Shown: piece after piece, positions 37,368 through 47,042 of the stretch
Layout: every line of letters begins with the position of its first letter
Numbering within the stretch: the first letter of the stretch is position 1
Source of the DNA: a virus
Taxonomy: Duplodnaviria; Caudoviricetes
Length of the DNA: 64,000 bases
IMG/VR virus record: IMGVR_UViG_2974528942_000001
Coordinates: 11,381-75,380 of that record
Strand: one strand, 5' to 3'
Position numbers and translations under genes: made by a program
The notes under the pieces: model-generated
Databases searched by the model: none
What the model was told of the DNA's origin: nothing
The model's input: the letters and a program-made list of their open reading frames with translations, nothing else

Positions 37368-38476
37368 GTAGTCCTCCTCGGCATGGCGATGGCCTCGTAG
37401 CCATCTTCACTCTGGAACTTGACGAACGTACTCGGCTTGTCCTTGTTGTAGTGCATGATGACGCTTTTGCCGGGCGCATTCTGCACTGCACTCTTGAAGT
37501 ACTCCGAAGAGAACTTGAACTTGACCGGCGGGTGTTCGCACTGATCCACCATGAAGATGGATTCTTCCACACCCTCGCCCGTGTCGGAGGATCGGACAGC
37601 GAAGATCGCCATCTCATCACCGATCTCCAGCTCCATGGCAACCTGTCGGTCGTCAGTGCCTGCCGAGCACACACGCTCCACGATCTCCACGATGTACTGC
37701 TTGTTCTCAAAGACGAGAATGTCGGGGAACTCGCGGGCAAACACCGAATCGACGTTCTTGTAGGCGTCATCGTAGAGCACGCACTTGATGTGCACATCTT
37801 CCGAGGGCGCGATCAGCAGGTACGAGTCCTCGACACCCACCTTGACCTCGTCAAAGTTGCGCAGCACCGGGCCAAGCAAGCGAACCGGCACCACGATGTT
37901 CTCGTGATCCGATTCGGACAGGTCGATCTTGATGGGCATGGTGGCCAGCGTGTAGTTGTTCGAGGCGACGAGCTTCTCCTCGTCGATGTACACGCCCGTG
38001 AGTGGCGGGTCATTCTTCTTGGAGCACGACCACGCCACTGCATCAACGAGCTTGCCGAAGTTCTCCACCACCGGGAGGTCGGTGTCGTCGAAGTCATTCC
38101 ACTCAGGGAATGCTTCGTGCGAGACGATCGGCAGCGTGGCCTTCATGGAGCCGCTCGTCATTGACAGCTGGGTTGACTGCTCATCACTGAGTACCAGCTT
38201 CGACCCCATCCTGGACGGCAGCCGAGCAGTCAGGTTGAACATGAACTTGCTGGACACCCGCCAGGTGACGGGTGGGCCGTCAGACTTGACGGGATACAGC
38301 GTCTCCATGTAGAAGATGTCACCGTCAGTGCAGCGCAAGGTCACGTACTCGCCGTCGAACTCGAACACGAAGCCGTGGAAGTCCATGAATCGGTCGCTCT
38401 TGGTGGGAGCTACCGAGCTGGCCTTCTTGATGGCGTCGGCGAAGGCGGAGTTCTCAAACTCGATTGTCGTTGGCAC
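37364..38476 (-). CDS. dnaN: DNA polymerase III beta sliding clamp
   Basis: 370 aa from GTG with GAAGGAG RBS; three-domain clamp patterns (CTDG, FPEW, LTGVYI, ASNNYTLA, F..EY...A, Y..+.MP.R). Confidence 0.85.
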   Translation of the reverse strand: MPTTIEFENSAFADAIKKASSVAPTKSDRFMDFHGFVFEFDGEYVTLRCTDGDIFYMETLYPVKSDGPPVTWRVSSKFMFNLTARLPSRMGSKLVLSDEQSTQLSMTSGSMKATLPIVSHEAFPEWNDFDDTDLPVVENFGKLVDAVAWSCSKKNDPPLTGVYIDEEKLVASNNYTLATMPIKIDLSESDHENIVVPVRLLGPVLRNFDEVKVGVEDSYLLIAPSEDVHIKCVLYDDAYKNVDSVFAREFPDILVFENKQYIVEIVERVCSAGTDDRQVAMELEIGDEMAIFAVRSSDTGEGVEESIFMVDQCEHPPVKFKFSSEYFKSAVQNAPGKSVIMHYNKDKPSTFVKFQSEDGYEAIAMPRRTT

Positions 38477-38711
38477 TGGTCTCCTTCGCTTGTTCGACAT
38501 TCTTGGTGCGCAGCTTCATGCTGGCGATGAACAGGTCACGGGCGAGTTCGGGGTGGGTGTCCTTAACTGCCGTGGCGTAAGCGTGCAGTGCGCTCGGCGT
38601 GGCCGGGTCGGACTCCTCGAGGACGAAGCACCAGCCCATGGGCTTGCCGTCGATCCTGGATACGAAGTACTTCGCGAGGAGTCCGTCACGGCTCGGATCT
38701 TTGGCGGGCAT
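38454..38711 (-). CDS. Hypothetical protein (85 aa)
   Basis: Coupled to orn; LLAKYFVSRIDG...FVL..SDP...AL.AYA. Confidence 0.7.
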   Translation of the reverse strand: MPAKDPSRDGLLAKYFVSRIDGKPMGWCFVLEESDPATPSALHAYATAVKDTHPELARDLFIASMKLRTKNVEQAKETSANDNRV

Positions 38712-39361
38712 TACTCGCCGATCACCAATTTACGCAGGTCGGCGGGGTCGGCCGAGTCGAGTGTGATTGCTCGCGCCTCAGCTGCCACGTGGTACACCCA
38801 CTTGTCGAGCCGGCGCTGCAGGTCGATCGAGAAGAAGATGTCGCTGATGACGTCGTGGTTGCCCTTGGCTTCCTTGCTGGGGTCACCCTCGATCGCGCCG
38901 GTGAGCGTGGGGTAGTGGTACTTGACGAACTCCATCTGCGATGACGAATCCACGCAGCGGTGACTGAACAGATTGTTCAGGTCGGCCATGTGAGCGGCCA
39001 GGAAGCCGCGGTCGAAGTGCACCGAGCTGCCGTACACCGGAACCTTGCCCAGGTTCCACGCCTTGACAACCTCGACGGCCCGTTCCTCGACCTTGTCGGG
39101 CGTGAAGAATCCGGGCGAGTCGGCCTGAACGTTGACGAGCTTGGCGAGTAGGCCCGAGCCGTCGGGTCCGTGCATCTCCTTGATCACGTCGTCGAGCGTG
39201 CCAGCCTGGATTTGCATGATCACACTGGGAGAAACCACCAGCGAGTGGAACATGTCCACCACCGTGTAGTTCTCGACCAGGGCAATGCCGATCTCGGTGA
39301 TGTGGTGGTAGGTGGGGATCAAGCCGGTGGTCTCGAGGTCGATGTAAACGGACTGTGTCAT
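38711..39361 (-). CDS. orn: Oligoribonuclease-like DEDDh 3'-5' exonuclease
   Basis: YIDLETTGL, GSSVHFDRGFL, HRCVDSSS, H..ISDI. Confidence 0.85.
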   Translation of the reverse strand: MTQSVYIDLETTGLIPTYHHITEIGIALVENYTVVDMFHSLVVSPSVIMQIQAGTLDDVIKEMHGPDGSGLLAKLVNVQADSPGFFTPDKVEERAVEVVKAWNLGKVPVYGSSVHFDRGFLAAHMADLNNLFSHRCVDSSSQMEFVKYHYPTLTGAIEGDPSKEAKGNHDVISDIFFSIDLQRRLDKWVYHVAAEARAITLDSADPADLRKLVIGE

Positions 39362-39546
39362 TTGTTGTACTCCTTCTTGAAGTATGCGTGAATGTCGGCG
39401 CGGGGTATGAGCCAGTTCCTTCCCGGTCTGATTGCACCTGGGTATACCCCTTCACGCAGGTGCTTTCTGATCGTCCATTCGGTGACGCGCAGCAGCTTAG
39501 CTGCCTCCCGCACCGTCAAGTACTCGGGCTTCTCCTCGGTTGCCAC
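39358..39546 (-). CDS. Excisionase-type helix-turn-helix DNA-binding protein (62 aa)
   Basis: YLTVREAAKLLRVTEWTIRK..R.G..PG..R.GR.W.IP; GTG with AGGAAGG RBS. Confidence 0.85.
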   Translation of the reverse strand: MATEEKPEYLTVREAAKLLRVTEWTIRKHLREGVYPGAIRPGRNWLIPRADIHAYFKKEYNK

Positions 39547-39811
39547 GGTTAGCCTTCCTGTACTCGTGGATTGAGTGGTCTTCTTTGGCGACGTCTTCGA
39601 TGTAGTTGATGCACCTGGTGTAGTGATACCAGCACAGGCGCACAACTCGCCGGGTTGCAGGTGATGGGTAGTTGTTCCACTCAAGATCTAGTTCAACCTC
39701 GCGGATTTCTTCCCCACCACTGCGGTAGTTCTGTGCATGCACAGGTACTGCGTTAGCCCGAGGGGTGTGAGGCCACTGGCAATTCTCCCGGATGCACCCG
39801 TTTGTCTCCAT
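39497..39811 (-). CDS. Hypothetical protein (104 aa)
   Basis: AGGAGGG RBS before ATG 39811. Confidence 0.55.
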   Translation of the reverse strand: METNGCIRENCQWPHTPRANAVPVHAQNYRSGGEEIREVELDLEWNNYPSPATRRVVRLCWYHYTRCINYIEDVAKEDHSIHEYRKANRGNRGEARVLDGAGGS

Positions 39812-39995
39812 CACCCTCCTTGCATACTCGTTCGTGCCATTCATCAGGGCTGAACAGCTTGCCGTCGTGCGTAGTCGGCGAGCCGCAGCCGGGGCACCGA
39901 TGCAAGTCGTAGTCGCACCTGTCACAGCACTGATAGCAGCCGCCCTCACGTGCGTGAGCTTGGGGATCACAGTTCTCGGTGGGTAGATCAGTCAC
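39753..39995 (-). CDS. Cys-rich zinc-binding hypothetical protein (80 aa)
   Basis: CYQCCDRC and CPGC motifs. Confidence 0.55.
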   Translation of the reverse strand: MTDLPTENCDPQAHAREGGCYQCCDRCDYDLHRCPGCGSPTTHDGKLFSPDEWHERVCKEGDGDKRVHPGELPVASHPSG

Positions 39996-40239
39996 GGAAG
40001 AACACCTCCAGTGTGTCCATGGCGCTGCGTATGCCATCGGCCTTGGCCTTGGCCTTCAGTGCCCTGTCTGCATGGATGCTGTACCCGTTGCCACGCTTGA
40101 CATCGTTGTAATACTCTTTCGATTCGCGGCCCACAGTCTCCTCGAGTGCTGCGATCTCGAGATGCATCCTGATGATGGCGAACTGGATACGCTGCTCGGC
40201 CGACATTCTGCGCGTGATGTTGAATCCAAAGATTCTCAC
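39988..40239 (-). CDS. Hypothetical protein (83 aa)
   Basis: GTGA coupling to the helicase gene. Confidence 0.65.
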   Translation of the reverse strand: MRIFGFNITRRMSAEQRIQFAIIRMHLEIAALEETVGRESKEYYNDVKRGNGYSIHADRALKAKAKADGIRSAMDTLEVFFRD

Positions 40240-41939
40240 AGCGTCCCCTCCATTGCTTCCTCGAGCTTCTGCATGAAGCCCTTCGACTTGGCTGCGCCCT
40301 CAATGATGGCTTCGTTGGCGAAGTTCTTGTCTCGAATGATCGCCTCGACACGAGCCTCGCAGCTGTTGCGCACGAAGTACTCCATCACAGTGATCGGCGT
40401 GCCGTGGCGCTCGGAACCAATGCGCCGCAGTCGACCGACACCCTGCTCGTTGAGGGCTGGGCTGAACTCCTTGTCGATGAACTGGCAGTACCGAGCCTCG
40501 GTCATGTTCAGTCCGACGCCCATCGCTTTGATGATGCCGATGATGATGGCAGGCCCGTCTGTGTTGGCCCACTCCTTCACCACCTTCTGACGCTTGTCCT
40601 TTTTCACGTCGCCGTGAATCTCGTAGATCGGTACGTCAGGGTCGATCGCGCGCAGCCGCTTGATGTACGCTTCGATGATCGGCCTGAACTGGCTGAACAC
40701 CACGACCTTCTCGCCCGAGTCAATCAACTGCTTCACGTCTTCGATTGCCAGATCCAGCTTCGGGCTCTCGTCCGAGTCCGGCAGCAGCGTTGACGTGCCC
40801 GCGCAGATCTGACGCAGCCGTAGGTTGCGAACCATGGCATGCTTCTCGAGGATATTCTCGTGCGGTTCCTTCTCCTCGAGATAGATGAGGCCCCATGGAT
40901 CGAGGTTGCGCCACTGAACCAGATGGTTGTACATCTCCTTCGGGAGACCCTCCAGGGAGACGTTGCGCTTGATGAAGTTGACCTCGGGTAGGTCCAGCAC
41001 CTCGTCGATCTTGCGGCGCAGCATAACCTGCGAGAGCTTCGTGCGCAGCAGGTTCTCGTTCTTGATCGACACGGACTTGTGATCACCCTGAATAGTGATC
41101 TTCACAAACTTGCTCTTGAATGCTGCGAATGTACCCCACTGTCCGGGGGTCACGATGTCGAGCAACGTCCACAAGTCGACGACCTGGTTCATCATCGGCG
41201 TGCCGGTGACGCAGAACTTGCGGGGTGCGTTCAACTGCTTAGCATTCTGGTACCGCTGAGACGCGGGGTTCTTGATGTTGTGTGCCTCATCGAAGACTAC
41301 GATGTCAATGTCAAAGGCGTTGAGCTGCTGGACATGTTCTTTAACCTGCTCGTAGTTGAGCACTACGATCTTGTCGCCGGGCAGCGCACGGAAGCGCTCC
41401 ACCTGAGCGAACCGCTCCACCACATTCGCACCCGTTACCAGGCAGCTCTGAATGTTGGTGAACTTCTCGATCTCCTCGGCCCAGTTCAGGCGCAACGAAG
41501 GTGGTACAACAGCGACCATGGTGCAGTCGCGGTCGGGGTTGATCTTCTTGACCCGCCAGCAGTGCATGCCGAACACGGCGAGCATCTGCAGCGTCTTGCC
41601 CAGGCCCATCTCGTCGCCTAGGATGGCACCCTTCTTGTCCTTCATCCACTTCACACCATCGACCTGGTGCTGCTTGAAGACGATCGAGTCCTTGATCCAG
41701 GGCTCAAGACTGCCACGGTTGCCGAGCTTCTGCGGTCGACTCACTCGGCTACCACTGACTGTGTTGTTGCGTACACGAGGGGCAATGTACTCATCGGGGG
41801 CTGCCTTCGCTCTGGTTGGCGGTGCTGTCCGCTTCGGACGGACCGGAGCTTGTGTTCGCTTTGATTCAGTTATGCGCTGCTGTTCGGCGGCTGAGCGCCG
41901 ATCAAACTCGGCGCTAGCTGCCTTCAAAGCTTTGAACAA
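40236..41939 (-). CDS. SNF2-family (SF2) helicase
   Basis: GDEMGLGKT, DEAH, TGTP, FSQF, GVGLN and QGVGRLRRIG motifs. Confidence 0.92.
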   Translation of the reverse strand: MFKALKAASAEFDRRSAAEQQRITESKRTQAPVRPKRTAPPTRAKAAPDEYIAPRVRNNTVSGSRVSRPQKLGNRGSLEPWIKDSIVFKQHQVDGVKWMKDKKGAILGDEMGLGKTLQMLAVFGMHCWRVKKINPDRDCTMVAVVPPSLRLNWAEEIEKFTNIQSCLVTGANVVERFAQVERFRALPGDKIVVLNYEQVKEHVQQLNAFDIDIVVFDEAHNIKNPASQRYQNAKQLNAPRKFCVTGTPMMNQVVDLWTLLDIVTPGQWGTFAAFKSKFVKITIQGDHKSVSIKNENLLRTKLSQVMLRRKIDEVLDLPEVNFIKRNVSLEGLPKEMYNHLVQWRNLDPWGLIYLEEKEPHENILEKHAMVRNLRLRQICAGTSTLLPDSDESPKLDLAIEDVKQLIDSGEKVVVFSQFRPIIEAYIKRLRAIDPDVPIYEIHGDVKKDKRQKVVKEWANTDGPAIIIGIIKAMGVGLNMTEARYCQFIDKEFSPALNEQGVGRLRRIGSERHGTPITVMEYFVRNSCEARVEAIIRDKNFANEAIIEGAAKSKGFMQKLEEAMEGTL

Positions 41940-41942
41940 GCT

Positions 41943-42524
41943 CTACCCCCATCGTTCCTTGTGTTGGCACCCGAGGCACCCGGCGAATCTGATCTCAGTC
42001 TCGATGCGATCCTCGATCGTCGAGTAGTTCTTGCCGCAGCTCTTGCACTTAAATCCCTTGGACTTGCCGCCGGGCGTGAGTTCGGGCTCCAGGTTGTACT
42101 CGTGCATGAGTACCGAGGGATCGTCGGGCTGTCCGATCTCGGGGTCGGGCTCCGGCGGGGTCGTCTGAATGTCCTGAAGCTTCGGCACCGGATTGTTCCG
42201 GTCGAGCTCGTCTCGCTCCTGAATCTTGGCCCACTCTTCGTTGGCATCCTTGCCTTCGACGGTGAGCCCCTGCAGGAATACCTGCGAGCCGATGGTGAGC
42301 CCGGCCAGTTCGATCCGCACGTGCGGGTCCGAGGCGCGTTCGATCATGGAGCGAAGCGTGCGCGTCTGCTCGATGGTGAGCTCGGACAAGAAGTGTGTGA
42401 ACTCGGACAGGAATGCCGAGTGCTCGCTCTCCATCTCGGCGGTGATCTGCTGTTGCTTCTCGCGCTGCCACAGCAGGAAGGCTGCGTGGCCCTGCATTTC
42501 CTCGGGTAGTTCTTGTTCGCTCAT
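41943..42524 (-). CDS. Hypothetical protein with C-terminal Zn ribbon
   Basis: CKSC...CLGC; GAAAGGGG RBS. Confidence 0.7.
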   Translation of the reverse strand: MSEQELPEEMQGHAAFLLWQREKQQQITAEMESEHSAFLSEFTHFLSELTIEQTRTLRSMIERASDPHVRIELAGLTIGSQVFLQGLTVEGKDANEEWAKIQERDELDRNNPVPKLQDIQTTPPEPDPEIGQPDDPSVLMHEYNLEPELTPGGKSKGFKCKSCGKNYSTIEDRIETEIRFAGCLGCQHKERWG

Positions 42525-42547
42525 GTAAACCCCTTTCACTTAAAGGA

Positions 42548-42585
42548 GTGACCGGGAACCTGCCCCTCGTCAGATTCCCGGTCAC
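42548..42585 (-). terminator. Hairpin terminator after the SSB-like gene
   Basis: GTGACCGGGAA / TTCCCGGTCAC 11-bp stem followed by TCCTTT on the minus strand. Confidence 0.65.
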
Positions 42586-42609
42586 ACTTTGTACCGTCAG
42601 ATCAGCTGA

Positions 42610-43662
42610 TCAGAACGGTGGCTCGTCGTCGTCGTCGTACGTCGAGGTCCCCGCCGAAGCCGTTGGCGCCACGGGCTCGGGCTGCTTGACCCGACCCTTG
42701 GTGCTGAACACCTTCTCCTTCTCGGGTTCCGGTTCCGGCTGTGCCTGTGCCTGCGGCTGGGCCGGCTGCGGCTCTTCGACCACGTCGGCGTCGATGGTGT
42801 TGTTCTCGACCACCTCGTTGTTGAGGTTCGGGTCGTCCGACTCGTTCGAGTCCTCGTCGCGCGGCAGCGGGTACTGCTTGAGGAACTCCTTGGCCGACCG
42901 GAAGGACTCGTAGTAGTCCGGGTGGTCTGCCTCGTCGGTGATGCCGACCTTCTCGTACGTCGGCGTGCAGTACTTGACGCTGCCCCGGCGGAACTTGTCG
43001 AGACCCAGCTTGGTCACCGCCGTGAACGTGTTCGTCTTGCGCGTGACGAAGGGGGTCAGGTAGGTCTTGGTGGGCTTGACACCCGACCGACGAACGCTGA
43101 ACAGGGCCGGAGACCAGACGGCGTCGTCGCCCTCGCCCTCCATGTAGAGCAGCGGGAGCGTCCACTCCTCGGCGCACCACGGACGCTTGCCGCTGGGGTC
43201 GGTGTTCCACTCACGGAACTTGCACTTCTCGCAGGGCAGCGACGGCTCGGTGAGCATCGGAACTCCGAGCACCTCGACCTCGATGGGCTTGAGGTCGGCG
43301 GTCGTGAACCGATCCTGAGCCTCCCACGGGAAGCGCTTGTCACGCGGCACCTCGGTGCTGAGGTTGGGGAACCCGTGGCGGAAGTCGGGCGACTTGCACA
43401 ACGGCGAATCCTTGGACTCGCCCTCGCCGATCTCGGCGGGCCACATGAGCCGGCCCTTGTGGAGACCGAGGATGATGACGGTCAGTTCGTCGAAGGTCTC
43501 TTCGGTCTGGCTGTGCTTGAACACGCCGTCGGCGTGGTCGATCTGGAGCCGGGGCATCGAGATGTCTGACTGGTCGAAGTCCTCGAGGCCCTCGAGGCCG
43601 GTCGAGTTGGCTTTCCAGTTGACAACGTCGGTGGACTCCGACACGGGCTGAACAGAAGTCAT
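42610..43662 (-). CDS. Putative ssDNA-binding/recombination protein
   Basis: MPRLQI N-motif, acidic disordered tail ending DDDDEPPF (SSB-like), strong codon bias. Confidence 0.6.
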   Translation of the reverse strand: MTSVQPVSESTDVVNWKANSTGLEGLEDFDQSDISMPRLQIDHADGVFKHSQTEETFDELTVIILGLHKGRLMWPAEIGEGESKDSPLCKSPDFRHGFPNLSTEVPRDKRFPWEAQDRFTTADLKPIEVEVLGVPMLTEPSLPCEKCKFREWNTDPSGKRPWCAEEWTLPLLYMEGEGDDAVWSPALFSVRRSGVKPTKTYLTPFVTRKTNTFTAVTKLGLDKFRRGSVKYCTPTYEKVGITDEADHPDYYESFRSAKEFLKQYPLPRDEDSNESDDPNLNNEVVENNTIDADVVEEPQPAQPQAQAQPEPEPEKEKVFSTKGRVKQPEPVAPTASAGTSTYDDDDEPPF

Positions 43663-43746
43663 GTTGGTTTACTCGCTTCGTTGGTGTGAAGGTCTGTAGA
43701 TCTGAAGGTTCGTAGCGTTGCTGTCCGCACCAGGCGAACGTAGTAC

Positions 43747-43775
43747 ATGGTACCACACAATGCTACACATGTCAA
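43747..43775 (-). promoter_or_regulatory. SigA-type promoter TTGACA-17-TGG.TACCAT with upstream A-tract
   Basis: -35 at 43770-43775, -10 at 43747-43752; AAAAGAAAAAA UP-like element upstream. Confidence 0.8.
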
Positions 43776-44095
43776 CGCCGGGCGCGATTTTTTCTTTTGA
43801 GCAACCTCCCTGGAACTGGTTCGGTGAACTGAATCCCGTGCGCCACCATCCACACCTTGAAGTCAAGCTCACTGACACGCCAGTCAGGAACCGATTCAGG
43901 TGCGGCGATGTTGGTGATGCGCAAGCGAGTGCCCTGCCTCCCCTGGCTGCGCCCGGTGAAGTACCCAAGCTCGTTGATGATCTTGGATTCGGGGCAGTCG
44001 AGGAGGTAGGCAATCTGATCCAGTGTGTAGAAGAACTCTCGCAGTGGGAGGATCACCTCATTACGAATGTGATCCTCGTCGAAGATGCTAGGCAT
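43772..44095 (-). CDS. HTH-like DNA-binding protein (107 aa)
   Basis: FYTLDQIAYLLD...WRVSELDFK.WM resembles a MerR/Xis-type winged HTH. Confidence 0.6.
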   Translation of the reverse strand: MPSIFDEDHIRNEVILPLREFFYTLDQIAYLLDCPESKIINELGYFTGRSQGRQGTRLRITNIAAPESVPDWRVSELDFKVWMVAHGIQFTEPVPGRLLKRKNRARR

Positions 44096-44396
44096 CTTCC
44101 TTCGGAGTCCAGTCCGACTCCACCACCTTGCCCACACCGTTGCGCAGGAAGGGGGTGAACTCTGCATGCACGAAGGGGAACATGTCTCGTGCCGCACGAG
44201 GTGACACGATCACGGCCTTCTGTCCGTTGCCGTACTTCTTGCGCTGATGGTTGTAGACCTTCTCGATGTCTCGCACCATCTTCTGCACAGCCTCGGGCGT
44301 GGCCCGCGCAGTCTGGAAGGTGTGGAACCTGATGTACACCTGCTCCGCACCGGAGAACAGGGGTATCCTCTTTCTCTCTTCTTCGAGTGTGCCCAT
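44088..44396 (-). CDS. Hypothetical protein (102 aa)
   Basis: GAGGAGG RBS before ATG 44396. Confidence 0.7.
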   Translation of the reverse strand: MGTLEEERKRIPLFSGAEQVYIRFHTFQTARATPEAVQKMVRDIEKVYNHQRKKYGNGQKAVIVSPRAARDMFPFVHAEFTPFLRNGVGKVVESDWTPKEDA

Positions 44397-44398
44397 GG

Positions 44399-45055
44399 CT
44401 ACCTCCTCTTTGCTTTCTGTTTCATTGCCTCGAGCCCGAGTTGCATTCCGTCCAGGGTGAGGCCCGAGAAGAAGATCGGCCGACGATGGATCTGTGCGTA
44501 GCCGATACGAGACCACCGATCGAAGACCGCTCCGATAGCTCCCGAAGACGGGGGGTTCTCGGGATCAATGAGCAGTCCTACCTGCGCCGGTGTGAGTGGT
44601 CCGTCGAGGTCATACTTGCCGGCCTGGTATGCGATGCAGACTTTCTGAACTTCGACTTCGAGCTGGCCCCTGGCGCGCGTGCCGGTGGACGTGGGCTCGA
44701 ACGTGCGTGCCGATTCCGATAGGGTGGGAGCGACGGACGCGGGTTGCTCCGGTCGTTGTGTGGGACGGGCCGGGTCGATCAAAGAATCAGCCCTAGCCAG
44801 TGCTATCTGTCCCATCCAAGTCGGCTCAGGTGGCTCGTAGTTGGGGTTGCCGTGCTCCTTTCGCTTGGCCCCTGCCATCTCGTACATCTTGTTGATGGTG
44901 ATGTGACACTTGCAGGAACATATCTCGTGAGCTGTGCAAACCTTCATGGGCTTGCCGCTCGGGCTTACCGGTGCCAGTCCTTCATGTGCGCCAGTTCCAC
45001 AGAAGCCGGTGATGTAGTTACTCTTGGGCTTCTTGACCTTCGTTTCTGTTGACAC
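44399..45055 (-). CDS. Hypothetical protein, N-terminal Cys/His cluster and C-terminal winged-helix-like domain
   Basis: FCGTGAH...C...CSCKCH; LTPAQVG..IDPENPPSSGAIGAVFDRW. Confidence 0.65.
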   Translation of the reverse strand: MSTETKVKKPKSNYITGFCGTGAHEGLAPVSPSGKPMKVCTAHEICSCKCHITINKMYEMAGAKRKEHGNPNYEPPEPTWMGQIALARADSLIDPARPTQRPEQPASVAPTLSESARTFEPTSTGTRARGQLEVEVQKVCIAYQAGKYDLDGPLTPAQVGLLIDPENPPSSGAIGAVFDRWSRIGYAQIHRRPIFFSGLTLDGMQLGLEAMKQKAKRR

Positions 45056-45542
45056 CTATCATCTCCTCTTTTGCGACGAACACGCCGACGGGTGCTGATG
45101 AGAAGGCGGTGGCCTGCTGTTCGAGGATCGCTCCCGAATCCCCAGACCAATCGCGCTTCAGGTACGGTAGATCGAACTCGTCACCCTCGCGAACGAGGAC
45201 GGCAGACTGCGGGCGGAAGCACCGGGGGTACTTAGTGCTGCCCTCTTCCAATGCGCGGTACGCTATGCGATCGCGCTCACGTACAACCTCGCGCGCATTC
45301 TCGCACGAGATGGTGATCATTCTTTGGAACGCCGTGAGCTCATCTTCACGCATGGCAGTGAGCATGAGCTTGATTGTCGTGGCCTTGTCCGAGAGGATCA
45401 GGGTTACCTCGGCACCATCCTCTGCCGAGTCCCTCTCACTCTTCCGGGTGTCGATGTAGAGCGTAGCCATGAAGGTCTTGATCGACACCCAGGCACGGCG
45501 AGATGGGGACAGTACGTCGGAGGTACGAGTTCGCCCGGCCAT
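45018..45542 (-). CDS. Hypothetical protein (start at 45542 or 45470)
   Basis: Open frame coupled to both neighbours. Confidence 0.6.
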   Translation of the reverse strand: MAGRTRTSDVLSPSRRAWVSIKTFMATLYIDTRKSERDSAEDGAEVTLILSDKATTIKLMLTAMREDELTAFQRMITISCENAREVVRERDRIAYRALEEGSTKYPRCFRPQSAVLVREGDEFDLPYLKRDWSGDSGAILEQQATAFSSAPVGVFVAKEEMIGVNRNEGQEAQE

Positions 45543-45543
45543 C

Positions 45544-45807
45544 CTACGGTGCAAGTTTCGCTTGTCGTTTGGCCCTGGCAACTTCCATCCTCTCCTGGTG
45601 GGACACTCGGGCTGGCGCGTTGTAGTCGTCGTCGTTGTACAAGCAGCGATCGCAGAACCACTCGAGTGCCCGGGTGCGGAAGACGTTTCCACGAGAGCCC
45701 ATCGTGGCAAAGACCACTTTCTTCACCGAGAGGTTATCCCGAGGAACGATGGCTCCGCACCCTGTGCAGGCGTAGTCTCCTGCCGGGTCGGGCTTCGTGA
45801 ATGCCAT
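45544..45807 (-). CDS. Zn-ribbon hypothetical protein (87 aa)
   Basis: CTGC...CDRC; AGGAAGG RBS. Confidence 0.7.
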   Translation of the reverse strand: MAFTKPDPAGDYACTGCGAIVPRDNLSVKKVVFATMGSRGNVFRTRALEWFCDRCLYNDDDYNAPARVSHQERMEVARAKRQAKLAP

Positions 45808-45819
45808 TGTCTTGCCTTC

Positions 45820-46710
45820 CTATAACGGTTCCGAGATGGTACTCGGAAAGGTTCGCCTGCTTTTGAGCGCGTCGTTGTTGTTCACGACACAGTTCAGACA
45901 CTGATGCTTGGTGACCAACAGCAGGGAGTCGATGTCGTTCTTGAGTGCAGCCAGGGGGCGGGCGCAGGAGCTGCACTGACGGGTGCGATCCGCGCCGGTG
46001 ACCTCAGCAAAGCCGATGCCTGCATCCATGAGCATGCCAGCGATCTGGTCGTGGGTCACTGTGAACAGGTCAACGTCACTGCACACGGGGATGATTGCAG
46101 GCATAACGAGCCCACCGAACTTGTACTCACCCATGCAGAAGATGTCCACCATCGAGGTGTGAATACTCTCGTCTCTGTCAACCATCGAGGGCACGATGAT
46201 CAACTCGAAGTGAAGTATCACCTCGCCCGCATTGAAGATCGGACCCTTGAATACGACGGGAGCAGGCTGGAACCAACTCGCAATGTACGGCAGAAGGTTG
46301 AGATCTGCGTAGGTCTGGGTCGTTGCGCGGTGGTGCGGGAGGCTGTAGCACTCCTTCGACTTGTCTTGAAGGTGGTCGCCCCTGCACTGTGTGATCAGGT
46401 TGATGTAGGGGATGTCAGGCATGTTGGACATGGTCAGTCCAAGGCCGGCTCGAATGTCCATCTGAATCCTGATGCCAGGCTCGTTGGAAAAGTCAAAGGT
46501 CCATCGAACCTTGTTACCGTAGTCATCGAGGCGGGCGCTGGTTATTTTGAAGTCGAAGTACTGCTTGTTGTGCTCGGCACGCATTCCAAGCATCTGGGTG
46601 TTGAGTTCGAGGTGGGTGTCGAGAAACTTCTCGGTCACCAGGTAGCGGAAGTCAACGACCTCGACGCCGGGAATGTGATCTTGTATACCGAACTTGTCAC
46701 TGCTCGTCAT
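45820..46710 (-). CDS. Hypothetical protein (296 aa) with C-terminal CxxC...CxxC
   Basis: AAAGGGGG RBS before ATG 46710. Confidence 0.7.
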   Translation of the reverse strand: MTSSDKFGIQDHIPGVEVVDFRYLVTEKFLDTHLELNTQMLGMRAEHNKQYFDFKITSARLDDYGNKVRWTFDFSNEPGIRIQMDIRAGLGLTMSNMPDIPYINLITQCRGDHLQDKSKECYSLPHHRATTQTYADLNLLPYIASWFQPAPVVFKGPIFNAGEVILHFELIIVPSMVDRDESIHTSMVDIFCMGEYKFGGLVMPAIIPVCSDVDLFTVTHDQIAGMLMDAGIGFAEVTGADRTRQCSSCARPLAALKNDIDSLLLVTKHQCLNCVVNNNDALKSRRTFPSTISEPL

Positions 46711-47038
46711 CGTCACCCCCTTTGTATTTGAGTAGCTTGCCCGTGGGCTTGGACGGGCCGAGCTTCTCTTTGTGCTTGCGTACCTCGGGGAGGCTGAGCA
46801 TCCCATTGGTGTGGAACAATCTGATTGCCGAGTCCATGTCGTGGTCGACCTCGACCACTGGCTTGCGGCGTGCTGGCTTGGGTGCTGGCTTGGCCTCGAC
46901 CTTGGGCTTTGGTTTGGGCCGAAGCTTGGCGGAGGTGGTGGATGCCTTGGGCTTTGCGCTAGCCTTCTTGCGTGCGGGCTTGTTGCACGAGCACGGATAC
47001 TCGTCACAGAACAGGCAGGGTTCGCCACCCTTTGGCAT
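46697..47038 (-). CDS. Lys/Pro-rich basic protein with N-terminal Cys cluster
   Basis: CLFCDEYPCSC followed by a histone-like KPK-rich stretch. Confidence 0.65.
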   Translation of the reverse strand: MPKGGEPCLFCDEYPCSCNKPARKKASAKPKASTTSAKLRPKPKPKVEAKPAPKPARRKPVVEVDHDMDSAIRLFHTNGMLSLPEVRKHKEKLGPSKPTGKLLKYKGGDDDEQ

Positions 47039-47042
47039 TCAC

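Noticed and set aside
39358-39546. Excisionase implying a temperate lifestyle
   Set aside because: No integrase, attP or immunity repressor seen; Xis-type HTH proteins are common standalone regulators.
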